A stretch of 63,721 bases of DNA, filler included, from Reticulomyxa filosa (lineage: Eukaryota; Protista; Foraminifera), in NCBI GenBank assembly GCA_000512085.1. It is 26 parts of 26 records of this genome, joined end to end, with 100 filler letters (N's around TTAATTAATTAA, not from the genome) between each part and the next. Parts side by side here need not be neighbours in the genome. Positions count along the whole stretch, not along the records: positions 7,422 to 12,897 come from ASPP01020386.1; positions 12,998 to 15,197 come from ASPP01000850.1; positions 15,298 to 16,741 come from ASPP01022435.1; positions 16,842 to 19,125 come from ASPP01007626.1; positions 19,226 to 20,392 come from ASPP01021597.1; positions 20,493 to 21,680 come from ASPP01000334.1; positions 21,781 to 22,921 come from ASPP01018125.1; positions 23,022 to 24,438 come from ASPP01008258.1; 18 more parts are not named here. One strand, 5' to 3'. Shown here one piece after another: positions 12,001 through 24,284 of this stretch. The position numbers and the translations under genes were made by a program. The notes beneath the pieces were generated by a model. It saw nothing but the letters and a program-made list of their open reading frames with translations. It searched no databases and was not told where the DNA came from. Position 1 is the first letter of the stretch, and the number at the start of each line of letters is the position of its first letter.

Positions 12001-12780
12001 TTGCACAGCACAAATCGGTATTTATTAGTATTTTTCTTGAATTTTCAATTTTCAGATTTATGATTTTGTTTTCCACAGAATTTGCACACTTGTTTCTGGC
12101 TGCAGTCTCTTCAATATTGTTCAAATCTTAACATTTTTTACATGTTTGAAGTGGCTCTTGTACGTCATCTATATTATTGTATACTTCTGGCTTTACGTCT
12201 GTATCCATACAGACTTTTTTATCTTTAATATTTTGGTGGCATATTCTGCATTTAATTGTTTTTATATTATTATTTTTATACTGTTGTGTTTTCAGTCGTG
12301 TATTTTGCGGTACTTCTTGTTGTAATTTTGATATCTTATTAAATACCAATTTTATTTTGTATTATTTAAATTATGTTTTCTTTGATTATCTGTTGATATT
12401 TGCTAAGGTGCCAGAAAAACATTTTTTGTAGCTTCGTTAAATACTGATATTTCAGAAAACCTTCAAATCTTTCAAGAACCCAACTAAATAAATCGACATT
12501 TGTTGGATATCCACAGATCAATGCTATTTTTGTCACTTTAGCGTCGTTGATATATAATTATTTTTTTTTGCACCTGTTTATAAATTCGAAGCTTGTATAC
12601 AGTAGAATGCAAAATAAAGTGGAAAAGAAATAATAATATTAAACCAGATAAAAATTTTGTTGGATGTAAACATTATCAACGTTGTAAATAACCTACATAC
12701 ATACAAAAGAAATAGGAATTCCAAAAGTATGTCCAGATAATATCGCTCATGAAATATTCTGAAATAAATAGCATTGAAGG
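8985..12780 (-). mobile_element. Degenerate non-LTR retrotransposon (LINE; ORF1 remnant + APE endonuclease + reverse transcriptase)
   Basis: APE remnants NIVIGGYWNA (about 11070) and INITICTSSL..HSDYLLITF (about 10810-10915). RT motifs QSGF, MLDISAAYDSV (about 9715-9746) and GVFADDVA (about 9457-9480). Cys-rich/coiled ORF1 pieces at 11340-12430. Many stops and frameshifts; 5' boundary approximate. Confidence 0.88.
11777..11998 (-). mobile_element. Solo LTR (222 bp) inserted in the LINE ORF1 region
   Basis: TGTAG...CTACA termini (5-bp IR). 4-bp TSD ATTT at 11773-11776 and 11999-12002. Degenerate family motif (AAGTGTAATAAGAAAG) near 11800. Confidence 0.8.
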
Positions 12781-12829
12781 CATTGTGGCCGCGTTTTCAA
12801 TTCAAAATATCAAACTTAAAGTTTGATAG

Positions 12830-12897
12830 TGTGGGATTTGTGAGAAGACTAAATGTAATACGAAAGTAACTTAGTTCCAAAAGAACAACTTCAGTAA
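12830..12897 (-). mobile_element. LTR terminus, same family, truncated by contig end
   Basis: TGTGGGA terminus followed by TAAATGTAATACGAAAG, the reverse complement of the 3100-3139 end. Confidence 0.7.
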
Positions 12898-12997
12898 NNN
12901 NNNNNNNNNNNNNNNNNNNNNNNNNNNNNNNNNNNNNNNNNTTAATTAATTAANNNNNNNNNNNNNNNNNNNNNNNNNNNNNNNNNNNNNNNNNNNN

Positions 12998-13302
12998 GTT
13001 GGGTATATGCTGTTGAATATTCACCATTTGTAGTAAAGAATAGCGGTGGAATTTTCGGTTTGTTCGGAAATGATTCAAATGTAATATGTTCTGGATCATT
13101 TGATAATACAATTCGTTTTTGGGATATTCGATCAAATAAGAATGAATTATATATAATTAAAGGAAAAGAAAATGAAGATAATGGAATATTTTGTCTTAAA
13201 TTTTTGTCATTGAAAAAAGAAGAAAAGAAAAATGAAAATGGAGATTATGTTTTCAAATTGTGTTATGGTTTATGCAAAGGTCCGATTCGTATTTGGGGAT
13301 AA
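12998..13302 (+). CDS. Lineage-expanded WD40 protein, 3' fragment
   Basis: ICSGSFDNTIRFWDIRSNKNEL...LCYG..GPIRIWG* family C-terminus. Confidence 0.8.
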
Positions 13303-14279
13303 GATAAATTTTCCAACAAGAAATGTTTAATTAAAAGAACACTAAAGAAAATAACATTTTAATTTAATAAAATCAAACATTGTTGTTAGACAAATCAGTG
13401 AAAATACTTATTTGAAATTTTTGGAGCGTTTTTATAAACAAATTTGAGTTTACAATCTAAAAAAACATTAATTCATGCTTTGTGTAAAATTCTTCAAGAA
13501 AATAAGAACATAAACAATTATCGGCTCACATTGGAAGAGATGAAGATAATTAATTATATTAAACAATAGTTTTATTCATCAATTTATTTTAATGTCTTCT
13601 TTTCTTCAACTATGTTTTATCATTTAGTCCGTTATTTCATTTGTCTTTGTAAATTCCATTGAATGAACTGAAACCTTTTGAAGTTAAACTCCATAATTAA
13701 TCATGTTATCATTTGCACATTAGATATTCTGGATCATGTGATAATACGATTCGTCTTCGGGGTGTCCTATTTCAATCAATTGTATTATCGACTGTGCAAA
13801 GCAAGTATATTCTTCCGATATCTATGTTACAACATGCTTTTACACATAGTTATTACATTATTCTCATTTAATGATTAATGTTTGCACTGTTAAGCCGAAT
13901 TGAATTACTTGTAATTTTTTGTTATCTATATGTGCAAAGGTATGTCATATTCAAGGCGCCGAATTGATTTGTGATAAAATGAGAAATAATTTTGATACTA
14001 ATGTTAATGTAATGTAAAATGTGAAAATAGTTTATTCCAATTGATGCATGATATGTTTGAATTTTATTATAGCCAAATCCAAGATAATATTAATATCTTT
14101 TCAACATACAACATGTTTTTGTTGTATTATTTGATGAATTATATTTTTTAAATTGTTAACAACTCTGATTTAAGACTAAACAACAAATTTTAGATTGAAT
14201 AAATTGAAATGGAAATTACAAGCTTTTGTGGATGATTTTTCACTTTATTTTTAAGTGAAAAGATATTGACATACATAAA

Positions 14280-15015
14280 TTGAGCATTTGGTTAAGCCAT
14301 AATATAAATTAACACAACTGTCACTATTTGATCTTTGTTTATTGTTATTCATTTTCTTTTTCGATTCAATAAATTTAAGACATAATGTCCCTTCTCCTTT
14401 GTTATCTCCTCACATACAATCCATTCTTATTTGTCGAATATCCCAAAATCGAATTGTATTATCACGTGATCCAGAACATATCACATTTGAATTACCACAA
14501 ATGACATCAGTACTATTCTTTATTATAAATTGTGAATATTCAACAGCACGAACATACATCGTATGTCCATTGAATGCCTGAATTTGCTCATCAGATCGAA
14601 TATCCAACAAACAAACACTTTTATCACATGACGCAGATAATATTGTATTTAATAATTCATTTGATCCATATTTTACACTTATCACAAAATCATAATGTCC
14701 TTGGATACAGTCAATTGTCTGTTTGTTTCAATATCCTATATTCGAATAGTATTATCATATGATCCAGAACAAATTGTATATCCATTTCCATCAATCACAT
14801 CAATATTATACTTTTATTGCCATTGTTGTTATTACTTTGCAATTGTGAAATATCAACACCAAACACTATCTTCATGTCCATTGAAAGCATGTAATGATTT
14901 TAATGTTTTAACATCCCATAAAAGAATAATATTGTCAATTGACCCCGAACACAAATATCGATCACCATCAAATTATAAAAATTCAATCCCACAAATACCT
15001 TTTTTGTTCCATTGA
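14280..15015 (-). pseudogene. WD40 family pseudogene
   Basis: WD40 pieces in several frames with stops and frameshifts; same family as 12998 and 18629. Confidence 0.75.
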
Positions 15016-15342
15016 ATATTTGTGACTGTTGCAATCTCAAAAATGAATGTACAATTCATTCAAAGATTAATAATCTGCTTGTTTTAAACAAAATAGATTG
15101 TCCAATTGCTAATTGTATTCTTTGGAAATAACTGTGATGTTTTTATTTTTGATTATACAGTAGATTGCAAAAAAAACTGCCATACCTAAAGGCACTANNN
15201 NNNNNNNNNNNNNNNNNNNNNNNNNNNNNNNNNNNNNNNNNTTAATTAATTAANNNNNNNNNNNNNNNNNNNNNNNNNNNNNNNNNNNNNNNNNNNNTTT
15301 TGTTTTGTTTTGTTTACGTTATTTGAATCTAAACAAACATAG

Positions 15343-16227
15343 GCCAAATATTTTAAATTGGCAAGAGTTATAAAAGAAAATGACATGGGGATAAACAGCG
15401 TAAGATTTTCTGCATGTGGTCGTAAGATTGTGTCATCACTCGATGATAATACGGTTCGAGTATGGGATATGATATCAGGACGAGAGCTCCAAATCTTTAA
15501 CGGACATTGCAAACAGGCCATTATTGCAGAATTTTCACCTAATGGACAAACAGTGGTTTCAAGCTCAGTAGATGAGACAATTCGATTGTGGGATGTGAAA
15601 TCAGGAGCACAAGTGACGAAATTGGAAGGATATCCAAATTGGATATGGTGTGTAAATTTTTCTCCAGATGGAAATAGTCTTTTATCGTGTGCATCCGATA
15701 GGACTATACGAATATTGGATGTGCATTCTGGAAAAGAAATTCAAAAACTAGTTGGTCATTCAAAAGTTGTTTTAGATGCACAATTTTCATTCGATGGCCA
15801 AATGATTGTATCATCATCAGCTGATAAAACAATTGGTATATGGGATGTCAAATCTGGCGAAAAGTTGAAACTATTGACAGGACACTTTGACTATGTAAGA
15901 CGCGCTGTATTTTCTTCAAATGGCCAATTTGTTTTGTCTTGCTCATGGGACCGGACAATTCGAATATGGAACGTAGAATCAGGTGAACAATTCAAAATAT
16001 TTGAAGGACATTCGGACCGTGTCGATGATGTGAAATACTTTCCAGATGGTCAAACTATTGTATCTTGTTCATATGATAAAACAATTCGATTGTGGGATGT
16101 GAACACAGAAAATGAAATACAGAGATTGGAAGGGCATTTCGATTGGATAAAATCAGTTGATGTCTCTCCAGATGGTAATACACTTGTGTCAGGTTCTTAT
16201 GACTCTACAGTTCGAATTTGGAGATGA
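15343..16227 (+). CDS. WD40 protein, last exon encoding a 7-repeat propeller
   Basis: Acceptor AG at 15341-15342. Seven regular 42-aa GH..FSPDG..D.TIR.WD repeats of the same style as the NACHT-WD40 gene. Confidence 0.9.
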   Translation, partial: AKYFKLARVIKENDMGINSVRFSACGRKIVSSLDDNTVRVWDMISGRELQIFNGHCKQAIIAEFSPNGQTVVSSSVDETIRLWDVKSGAQVTKLEGYPNWIWCVNFSPDGNSLLSCASDRTIRILDVHSGKEIQKLVGHSKVVLDAQFSFDGQMIVSSSADKTIGIWDVKSGEKLKLLTGHFDYVRRAVFSSNGQFVLSCSWDRTIRIWNVESGEQFKIFEGHSDRVDDVKYFPDGQTIVSCSYDKTIRLWDVNTENEIQRLEGHFDWIKSVDVSPDGNTLVSGSYDSTVRIWR

Positions 16228-16252
16228 ACAAAATTCATATAATCAATGATAA

Positions 16253-16285
<33 letters not shown>

Positions 16286-16841
16286 TAATAATAATATTAA
16301 ATAAATTTAATAATTAACTATTTAAAAACAGCTCATAATAATTTTTGCAGCTATCTTGAAAAGTCACATGAAATTCGTTCTGTGCTAATGCTTACTTGCC
16401 AAAGTTGATCATTACTTTCTGCCTCTTTTTAAACAAAAATGAAAACTAAAAATAACAAAATATTACTTGCATTGAATTGTCTTTTGTGTTTACACAACTT
16501 TCAATATGGTGAAAAAAAAAAATGCTTCATTAAAAAAAAAATTTACAATTATTTCTAATGGTTGATTTCATGGAGCCATTTTTTTTGTGATATCAATCTT
16601 AGATTATCACGTCTTTCAATTGGTCATTTTCCACGTTTGCGTTTGTCATCATATTTTTTTTTTTTTAGGATCGTGGTTACAGTAACCACGCTTTAACAGT
16701 ATCCATTTGCGTGCATTACTTTTTTATGCGTCCATGCATTCNNNNNNNNNNNNNNNNNNNNNNNNNNNNNNNNNNNNNNNNNNNNTTAATTAATTAANNN
16801 NNNNNNNNNNNNNNNNNNNNNNNNNNNNNNNNNNNNNNNNN

Positions 16842-17590
16842 ATATCAACACACCAAACAATATTTTCATGTCCATTGAAAACATGTAATGATTTGGAAGT
16901 TTCAATATCCCATAGACGAATTGTTTTGTCACATGATCCAGAACACAAATATCTACCACTATTAAATGATGAAAATTCAATACCACAAACACCATGAGTA
17001 TATTCATTGAATATTTGTAATTGTTTATCATGTTTGAAATCCCAAAAACGAATGGTTTTATCATAAGATGCAGAACAAATAACATTTTGACGATAATTAT
17101 GATAGTAATATTGTGAAAATTTTACACAATACACAGTATCTGAGTGTTCATTAGATGATTGAATTTGTTTGTTGTTATCAATGTCCCATACACGAACTGT
17201 TTTATCATATGATCCAGAACAAATGAATTGGCAATTATCAAATATTGAATAATCAATACTCCACACAGTACTGGTATGTCCAGTGAATGTATTAAGTAAT
17301 TTGGATGATAAACGAAATGTATCAAACATGAAGACAGTAGATGTCTATGTTAATAAATATTTGAATATTTTGGTTGGTATTTTAAAAAAAGAAAAAAACA
17401 AATAAACTAACATAATTTAGAACAAGTCTATCAAAATTTTTGATCCATCCTAATTTAATATTTAATTTTCGGATCCAATGCTGAATAATAATTTGGATCT
17501 CTTCTTCTTTTGACTATTTCAATCATAAAGCAAACAATAAATAATAAAGATCCTAAAAACAGCTTAAACGAAACTTTCATTGAGAAATCT
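16842..17590 (-). CDS. Lineage-expanded WD40 protein, 5' part, with N-terminal helical module exon (17513..17412)
   Basis: Phase-0 exon SKEEEIQIIIQHWIRKLNIKLGWIKNFDRLVLNY, then a WD40 exon from about 17344 to the contig end. First exon tentative. Confidence 0.85.
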
Positions 17591-18628
17591 GAGTTCATTG
17601 TTTGACTCTTTTTTTTTTCTTGAGAGATGATCTGATGATGATGAAAAAAAGATGCTTTTCGATTTTTTTTTTTAGATCAATAAGACACCGTTTTTTCAGT
17701 TTATTTTGAGTTGGATTACAAGTATAAATATTTCAACAAATGGCAATACTATTCCTTATGATAAAGCCATCACAATATAATAGAATATTTGCAAGCAAAC
17801 TTTGTATCTTATTGATATAAACGGTATTTGCTTTTACATAAAAGAATTATTTTTTTTCTGTCATCACAAACTTTAGTAATGTGGACATATCTAATAATAA
17901 TTATAAAATAAAACGAAATGGATAAAAAAAGAATAACAAAACATCACAATTTCTATTAGGAAAATTATACAATCATTCTTTTGAAGAAAAAAAATAAAAA
18001 TGATTGTTGTTGTGATATTTCTTTTTTCATTGTAAACAATTAATACACCTCTGAAACTGGGATAACTTCTAGTTTCTTTTGGTCAGTTGTGCTTTGATAA
18101 TATAGACTTGTTAATTTATCACAATAACAACTTTCAATAATCGATTGTTATTTTTGCACAATTTCTTTTTTATATATTGATTGATTACCATTTTTAATCA
18201 CTCAAATATTTTTGTTTGAAATATGTATCATCAAACAAAGTAAAAGTTGATAATAAATCAAATGCATTAGATGAATCATTACCATATTTTTCAATTATAT
18301 CTTGATTCAATAGATCAGTTTTATTGTGTTTCATTGTCGAGTCATCCCTTCTTTTCTTAAATTGTAAATTATTGAAGATATTTACAACCAAAAATAAAAA
18401 AAAGTGTAAATGAAAAGATTAATTATCAGAAATAAGTTATCAAAAAAAGGATTGTCCTTTTTCAATCGAATATTACTTTTAAATTGCAGTCGTATCTGCA
18501 TTACCTTCATTTTAATTTTTTTTATTGAGAAAAAAGAAATTACTGAAACAAATAATGTATATTGGACAATGAAAAAATTTATCTCATTTAATTCATTCAA
18601 AATCAAATCAGCTAACAAAATGTCTTCA

Positions 18629-19125
18629 CTATCCCCAAATACAAATCAAACCGCTAGATGTGCCGTAACACAGATTAATATTACAATCAATATCATTATT
18701 CCTTTTTTTTTTCTTTTCATTTTTTTTCAATTGTAAAAATTTAAGACATGATATTCCATCACATTCTTCATTATTTCCTTTAATCACATACAATTCATTC
18801 TTATTTGATCGAATATCCCAAAATCGAATTGTATTATCATACGATCCAGAACACACTATATTTGAACAATCACCAATTTTATTATTTACTACAAATGGTG
18901 AATATTCAACAGCATTCACATAATCTGTATGTCCTTTGAACATTCGAATTTGTCGATCAGATCGAATATCCCACAAACGAATACTTTTATCTCATGATCC
19001 AGATAATATTGTATTTAATAATTCATTTGATCCATATTTTACACTCCAAATTCCTTCTTTATGTCCTTTGAATACATTTAATTTTGTTGTTTCAATATCC
19101 CATATTCGAATGGTTTTATCATTTG
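18629..19125 (-). pseudogene. WD40 family 3' fragment with in-frame TGA
   Basis: ILSGS*DKSIRLWD at about 18993 (TGA where family members have an aromatic or Cys codon); family C-terminus LCYG..GLICIWG. Confidence 0.7.
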
Positions 19126-19557
19126 NNNNNNNNNNNNNNNNNNNNNNNNNNNNNNNNNNNNNNNNNNNNTTAATTAATTAANNNNNNNNNNNNNNNNNNN
19201 NNNNNNNNNNNNNNNNNNNNNNNNNTGGATAGGATGTTCCTCACGAATGAAAACGCGGCTTGTAAAATGCAGAGTCGTTCTTCATTTGGCCCTTCATGTC
19301 TTTCATCTGCATGTTTATCATTTCTAAAAACCGCAAAGTTTTTTTTAAAAACCCTAACACAAAACAACATGACAATTTTTCAATTATTTGAAAAAATGTC
19401 CAATTTCATATTTTGCATCCATTTTTCATATATCAGTCAATGCGTGATTTTTTATTAAAAAATTCAAATTGTTTCAGTACAGCCGAGAAAGAAGGAACAA
19501 AGCGCTACTTTCATCAAGTTTTTTGGGAACAAATCGAAATACAACATCTTTGTTAAG

Positions 19558-20097
19558 ATGCAACAACAATTTCAACTTCCTCCAATGCTTCAAGCAGTTT
19601 TACAAGTGAGATTGCCCAGTAGAGAGAATGTGAGAGGAAATAAAAAAATATATTTAAAAAAAGGACGGTTGTTTTGTGGATGTTAGCCGCCACAATCAAT
19701 ACCTCCGCAAGCAGGAGAGCAACCCCAATATGAAGAATTGCCATATAATCGCAACGAATACAAACATGCAGAAGAACCCAAAGAAAACGAAGAAAAATCA
19801 AAGTTGAAAGACATAATGGACGAAATACCGAACGGATACGAAGTGATTGATGCATGTGGCAGCCAATTCAAAAAAATTGCCCCTTATGTGAATAAAGCAC
19901 TAACATGGGGATGGATCCCTCTGTGTGTGTACTTTGGACTGAAACAAGGAACACACAAATATTACCCAAGTGAAGATCTACGACTGCCTGAAGAATTGGC
20001 AGGAACACAATTTGAAAGAAAACCAAGCTGGACCGATACCGTTCCTTTTATTGGTTCAGCTGGGAGTGGTCAAAGTGGGCTGTTCTCTTCTGTTTAA
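19558..20097 (+). CDS. Tom7-like mitochondrial import protein with N- and C-terminal extensions (about 152 aa, 2 exons)
   Basis: Exon 19558-19605, GT-AG intron, exon 19687-20097 in frame. KALTWGWIPLCVYFGL resembles the Tom7 transmembrane signature (K..FH[WY]G[FW]IP.V.YLG). Confidence 0.6.
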
Positions 20098-20492
20098 TTC
20101 TCTTTTTGGTTGTCATTTCTTTCTTTTTTTGAAATTGTCTCATGATTACTTGTAAAACCGGCCAATCTCATGGCATAAAGTATTCAGTCGGATTGGCTTT
20201 GTCTGATCTAAGAGTCATTTTCTTTTCAAATTGTGACGGAGACAACTTGTATCTATATTTTTGATTACCAAAAAGGAATCATGCTAAAGGAAACACGGAG
20301 ATTTGATCTTATTTCTAAAGTGATGCATTTGTCAAGAAATTTAGGAAGAGCCTTAACATTAGGCCAACAATTTTTCGGGAAATTCTTTGTTTNNNNNNNN
20401 NNNNNNNNNNNNNNNNNNNNNNNNNNNNNNNNNNNNTTAATTAATTAANNNNNNNNNNNNNNNNNNNNNNNNNNNNNNNNNNNNNNNNNNNN

Positions 20493-20550
20493 TCGAGTAA
20501 AACCTTTTCGTATTACATTTAGTGTAGCTCTTCACAATAGACTCCCCACA
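20493..20550 (+). mobile_element. LTR terminus, same family, at contig start
   Basis: TTTCGTATTACATTTA...ACTCCCCACA, matching the 3' end of the 2893-3139 LTR. Confidence 0.7.
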
Positions 20551-20863
20551 AGTGTTTTTGTTATTTTTTAACTAATCACTAAAAGAAATTTTTTTCATGC
20601 AGAACAAAAAATTAAAAGATAGTTCAAGTTTTGTGATACTAATTTTTGTAATTTTTACTACATTTTAATTTTTTGCGTTCAATCTGTTTGATTAACTTAT
20701 GTTTTGTTGAATTTGCTCAGAAATAATAATTCATATTACACTTAGTACCACCTTCTTTCACTACACTTTCTGGTGATATGTCACATGTTGTCGATGTTCA
20801 TTTTGATGACGAAAAAGCGATATGTTTTTCTGCAAATAAATCGATAACAAAAAACAAAAAGTC

Positions 20864-21511
20864 TTATTCTAGAAAAATTTTCAGGTCAGCACCAGAGTCA
20901 GTTGTTGAGCGATTAAATCTAATTTCATCATCGCCAGTAAAATGTGAGTGTCGCATTGCATAAAATTTCGTTTCACCCGAATTCCCGTAACAAGTGCTTC
21001 CCCATGTAGATTTATTGTTTGATTTGATTTCAATACTTTGCTGACGAAATTTTTTGGCTTCTTTAAGGCGATATCCCATATTAGCAAATTCACAAATTAT
21101 TTTCGCGATTTCCACATATCGAATAAATTGATTACCACTATTTTCGTCCTCACTTTTCGTAGCGATGGACACTAAGATGTGATCTATCAAAGCAATGTAA
21201 TGTTCTCGAACAAATGTAGGATTATCACGATAAGAAAAAATTGGTTTTTTGGGGTCGACAATGAAAAAAGCCAAAAATCCTCGATTGCAAACATTATTCG
21301 AAAGATTCTTTAATAAACGAACGCGATGAGCAACAGCAGTATTATCAAACACCATTGCACTGTGTAATTTCATATTATCGCTCGTTTCGGCTGTGTAAAT
21401 GTGTTGTGGTGCATCAGATTTTATATAATATTCTTCTGGATGCACTAAAGGCCGGAATTTCATATTTCCACCACTCAATGCATCATCCCATTCCCAATAA
21501 TACAAACCCAC
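20864..21511 (-). CDS. Hypothetical protein fragment
   Basis: 215-codon open frame with protein-like composition; no family recognised. Confidence 0.4.
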   Translation of the reverse strand: MGLYYWEWDDALSGGNMKFRPLVHPEEYYIKSDAPQHIYTAETSDNMKLHSAMVFDNTAVAHRVRLLKNLSNNVCNRGFLAFFIVDPKKPIFSYRDNPTFVREHYIALIDHILVSIATKSEDENSGNQFIRYVEIAKIICEFANMGYRLKEAKKFRQQSIEIKSNNKSTWGSTCYGNSGETKFYAMRHSHFTGDDEIRFNRSTTDSGADLKIFLE

Positions 21512-21780
21512 ATATCGAATATTTTCCGTTAATCCTTCGACATGCCAATGTCCTGCATATCCTTTTTAATTGATCGACCCAAATACAATACAATTGTGGC
21601 AAATAAATAAATAAATGAATGAATAAATGAATAAACGAATAAGTAAGTATATAATCAATGAAAAGAAAACGAACCAGTATNNNNNNNNNNNNNNNNNNNN
21701 NNNNNNNNNNNNNNNNNNNNNNNNTTAATTAATTAANNNNNNNNNNNNNNNNNNNNNNNNNNNNNNNNNNNNNNNNNNNN

Positions 21781-22292
21781 AATTGAAATGTATTTAAATT
21801 AAACACACTAATATTACTTCGATAATATGTGATAAATAACAAATTATTATTGCTTCCACCAATCACTGCACGCACTCCTTGATAATCATCTTGCTTTCTT
21901 CCAATTTGAATTACACGATTGTGTTTGTCTGTGAAAGGGATCCATTGATTGCATTTTTTTGATTTCTTTGATTTACTAATTTCATTATCATTACTCCAAA
22001 CGCTTGCATATTTCATCATCAATGTATGTTTATTTTTTCCACCAAAAGACAGCAAAGTAACTTCGTTGCTATCCTTGCCGTCTACTAGTTTCACTACACA
22101 GTGTCCTTCTAAACAGACGTCCCTTGGATACAGACAGATAAATTTGTGTTCGTTTTTGAGTGTATGATAAGAATAACAAACTCTTAAACGTCTATGGTCA
22201 TAGCCTCCACAAATGAGTATTTCGTGCTTGTGTAGCACACATTGAGATTGAAAAAGATCAGTTCTCAAACTCTTCAAATATTGAAAGGTCAT
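21781..22292 (-). CDS. Kelch-like beta-propeller family protein, 5' part
   Basis: QSQCVLHKHEILICGG, LLSFGG and GVRAVIGGSNNNLLFI; homologous to the 51111-52000 gene. Confidence 0.8.
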
Positions 22293-23049
22293 GCTGTAAA
22301 TATTGACAAATTATTAAGCTGTAGGCTTTATTTAAAAAAGGAGGAAATTAAAAAGACTTGTTTACGATGCTTTTTTTGAAAGAGCACACAATTTTTACTG
22401 TTTACCAAATGTGACTTGCTTATCACTAACAAAAATGCGACTGTGGTCTCGTACTTATTTGTTTCCCTTAGAATGAACTTTATTCACATAAATTCATCCA
22501 AAAAAAAAAAAATGTCCACGGTGCACTTCCAGATCAAGCGTCAAAGAAAACTGTACAATATTAGATGGTTAATAGCTAGTGAGATTCTCGAATACAATAT
22601 CATATATCACTTAATTTCGATTCTTTTTTATCCAATCACTTTTAATGAATAGATATCTCACCATAGCGAAACTCAAAAAAATGTTTGTAAATACTATAAA
22701 ATAGTTACTTTTATGGCAATCTTTTATATGTCTCAAGTCTTGTAGTTCTTGATCTACGTCACAAACTTTCTGGTATGTCCCCGTTTTTAAAAAAAAAAAA
22801 AAAACATCATCTCAGCAAAGAGACTTTACGCAACAAACTTTAACATAAAAAAATGAGTAAAGTAGATGATGAAAAAAAACAATGAAGAAAATAAGAATTG
22901 GAGTGGCTCCAGTTTCTGGTGNNNNNNNNNNNNNNNNNNNNNNNNNNNNNNNNNNNNNNNNNNNNTTAATTAATTAANNNNNNNNNNNNNNNNNNNNNNN
23001 NNNNNNNNNNNNNNNNNNNNNGAATTTTTTTTGTTGAAAAAAAAAAAAA

Positions 23050-23616
23050 AAAGAGTGGGCAAAGAGTATATTCGTGCATTGATATGGATCCACTCGTATT
23101 ACTACAGTGGCATTTGTTGTTGGGACTGGTACTACCCTTACCACTATGCTCCGCTGATGAGTGAGCTGACGAACATCGAAGAAATGGGACGTCAACTGAC
23201 AAAGGAAATGCTGTCGAATGTAAGAGGACAGCCCGTGTCGCCGTTGACGCAGCTGGCGCTGATCACGCCACGGAAAAGCGCACCTCACATATTGCCTCGA
23301 GCATATGCACAGGTCGTGGCGGGTAAGTATTCTCCAATCGCGCAAAAGTACTATCCCGAAACGATCGAGCTTGACCTGAATGGAAAGGATTTGGAATGGG
23401 AGGCCGTGGCATTGTTGCCGTTCGCCAATGTGCCCGAAATCGAGGCAGCCCTGGCGTCTTGCAAAGCGCAGCTGTCGCAGAGCGAGTTGAAGCGCGACCG
23501 ATGGCATTGCGTTTGGTTGTATGCACGAAATGGCGTTACATGTAAACAAATTTCCAATATATGGGGATGTGTGATCAAGCAACCCAGTGCTTCCAATTTG
23601 CATCTTTGTTTTGACG

Positions 23617-23659
<43 letters not shown>

Positions 23660-24284
23660 GAAAAAGAAGAAAAAGAAGAAAAAGAATAATAATAATAATA
23701 ATAATGTGTATGAATTGATCATTCCTTATGTCTTCAATCAACTAACCAAACCCCATCAGGATAACTACTCGCACAAGTGCAACTACCAATTGACCAATCA
23801 TGATCTACAATTCCGCCAGACTGTGTCCAAAACTGTTTCCGAAAGATTCATTTCCGGCAAAGAACAGATTCGATATCTTGTTCATAAATTCTTCAAACAA
23901 AATCCACAAATGATCTACCAAATAATGTGTCAAAACTCTTCTTCTTCTTTTTCTTCGCTGCTCTTCGACAAATCTGTCGTTCACGATGTCGCCTCTGTCG
24001 TCGCTGAGGCCAACGTGCTTGCTTCGCAACCCAAAAACAAACAAGTCTCCACCATTCAAAATCTACATCGCGCTGGTATTGACACCTCCACTCGCATCGC
24101 CACTCCCACCAATATCATGGCCGCTATGATCAATAAGCTCGAACGTCAGTCCAAATCTGCCTCTACTCGTGCTCTGCTCAAACGCACGCACAATATCCAT
24201 TCTTCACAACAAAAACCTCTATCTAATCCCATTCCCAATTCCAATCAGCCCTCTACCTCAAAACAAAACAACATAACAAAGTAA
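23050..24284 (+). CDS. 5'-3' exoribonuclease (XRN1/XRN2 family), 3' part
   Basis: Y..AL.WI.SYYYSG..CWDWYYPYHYAP, P..QL..I.P and YP..ELDLNGK..WEAVALLPF conserved XRN motifs. Confidence 0.9.

Noticed and set aside
18990-18996. TGA read as Trp (alternative genetic code)
   Set aside because: Intact genes use TGG for Trp and TGA as a stop (e.g. 16225-16227, 5082). A single nonsense change or error is simpler.
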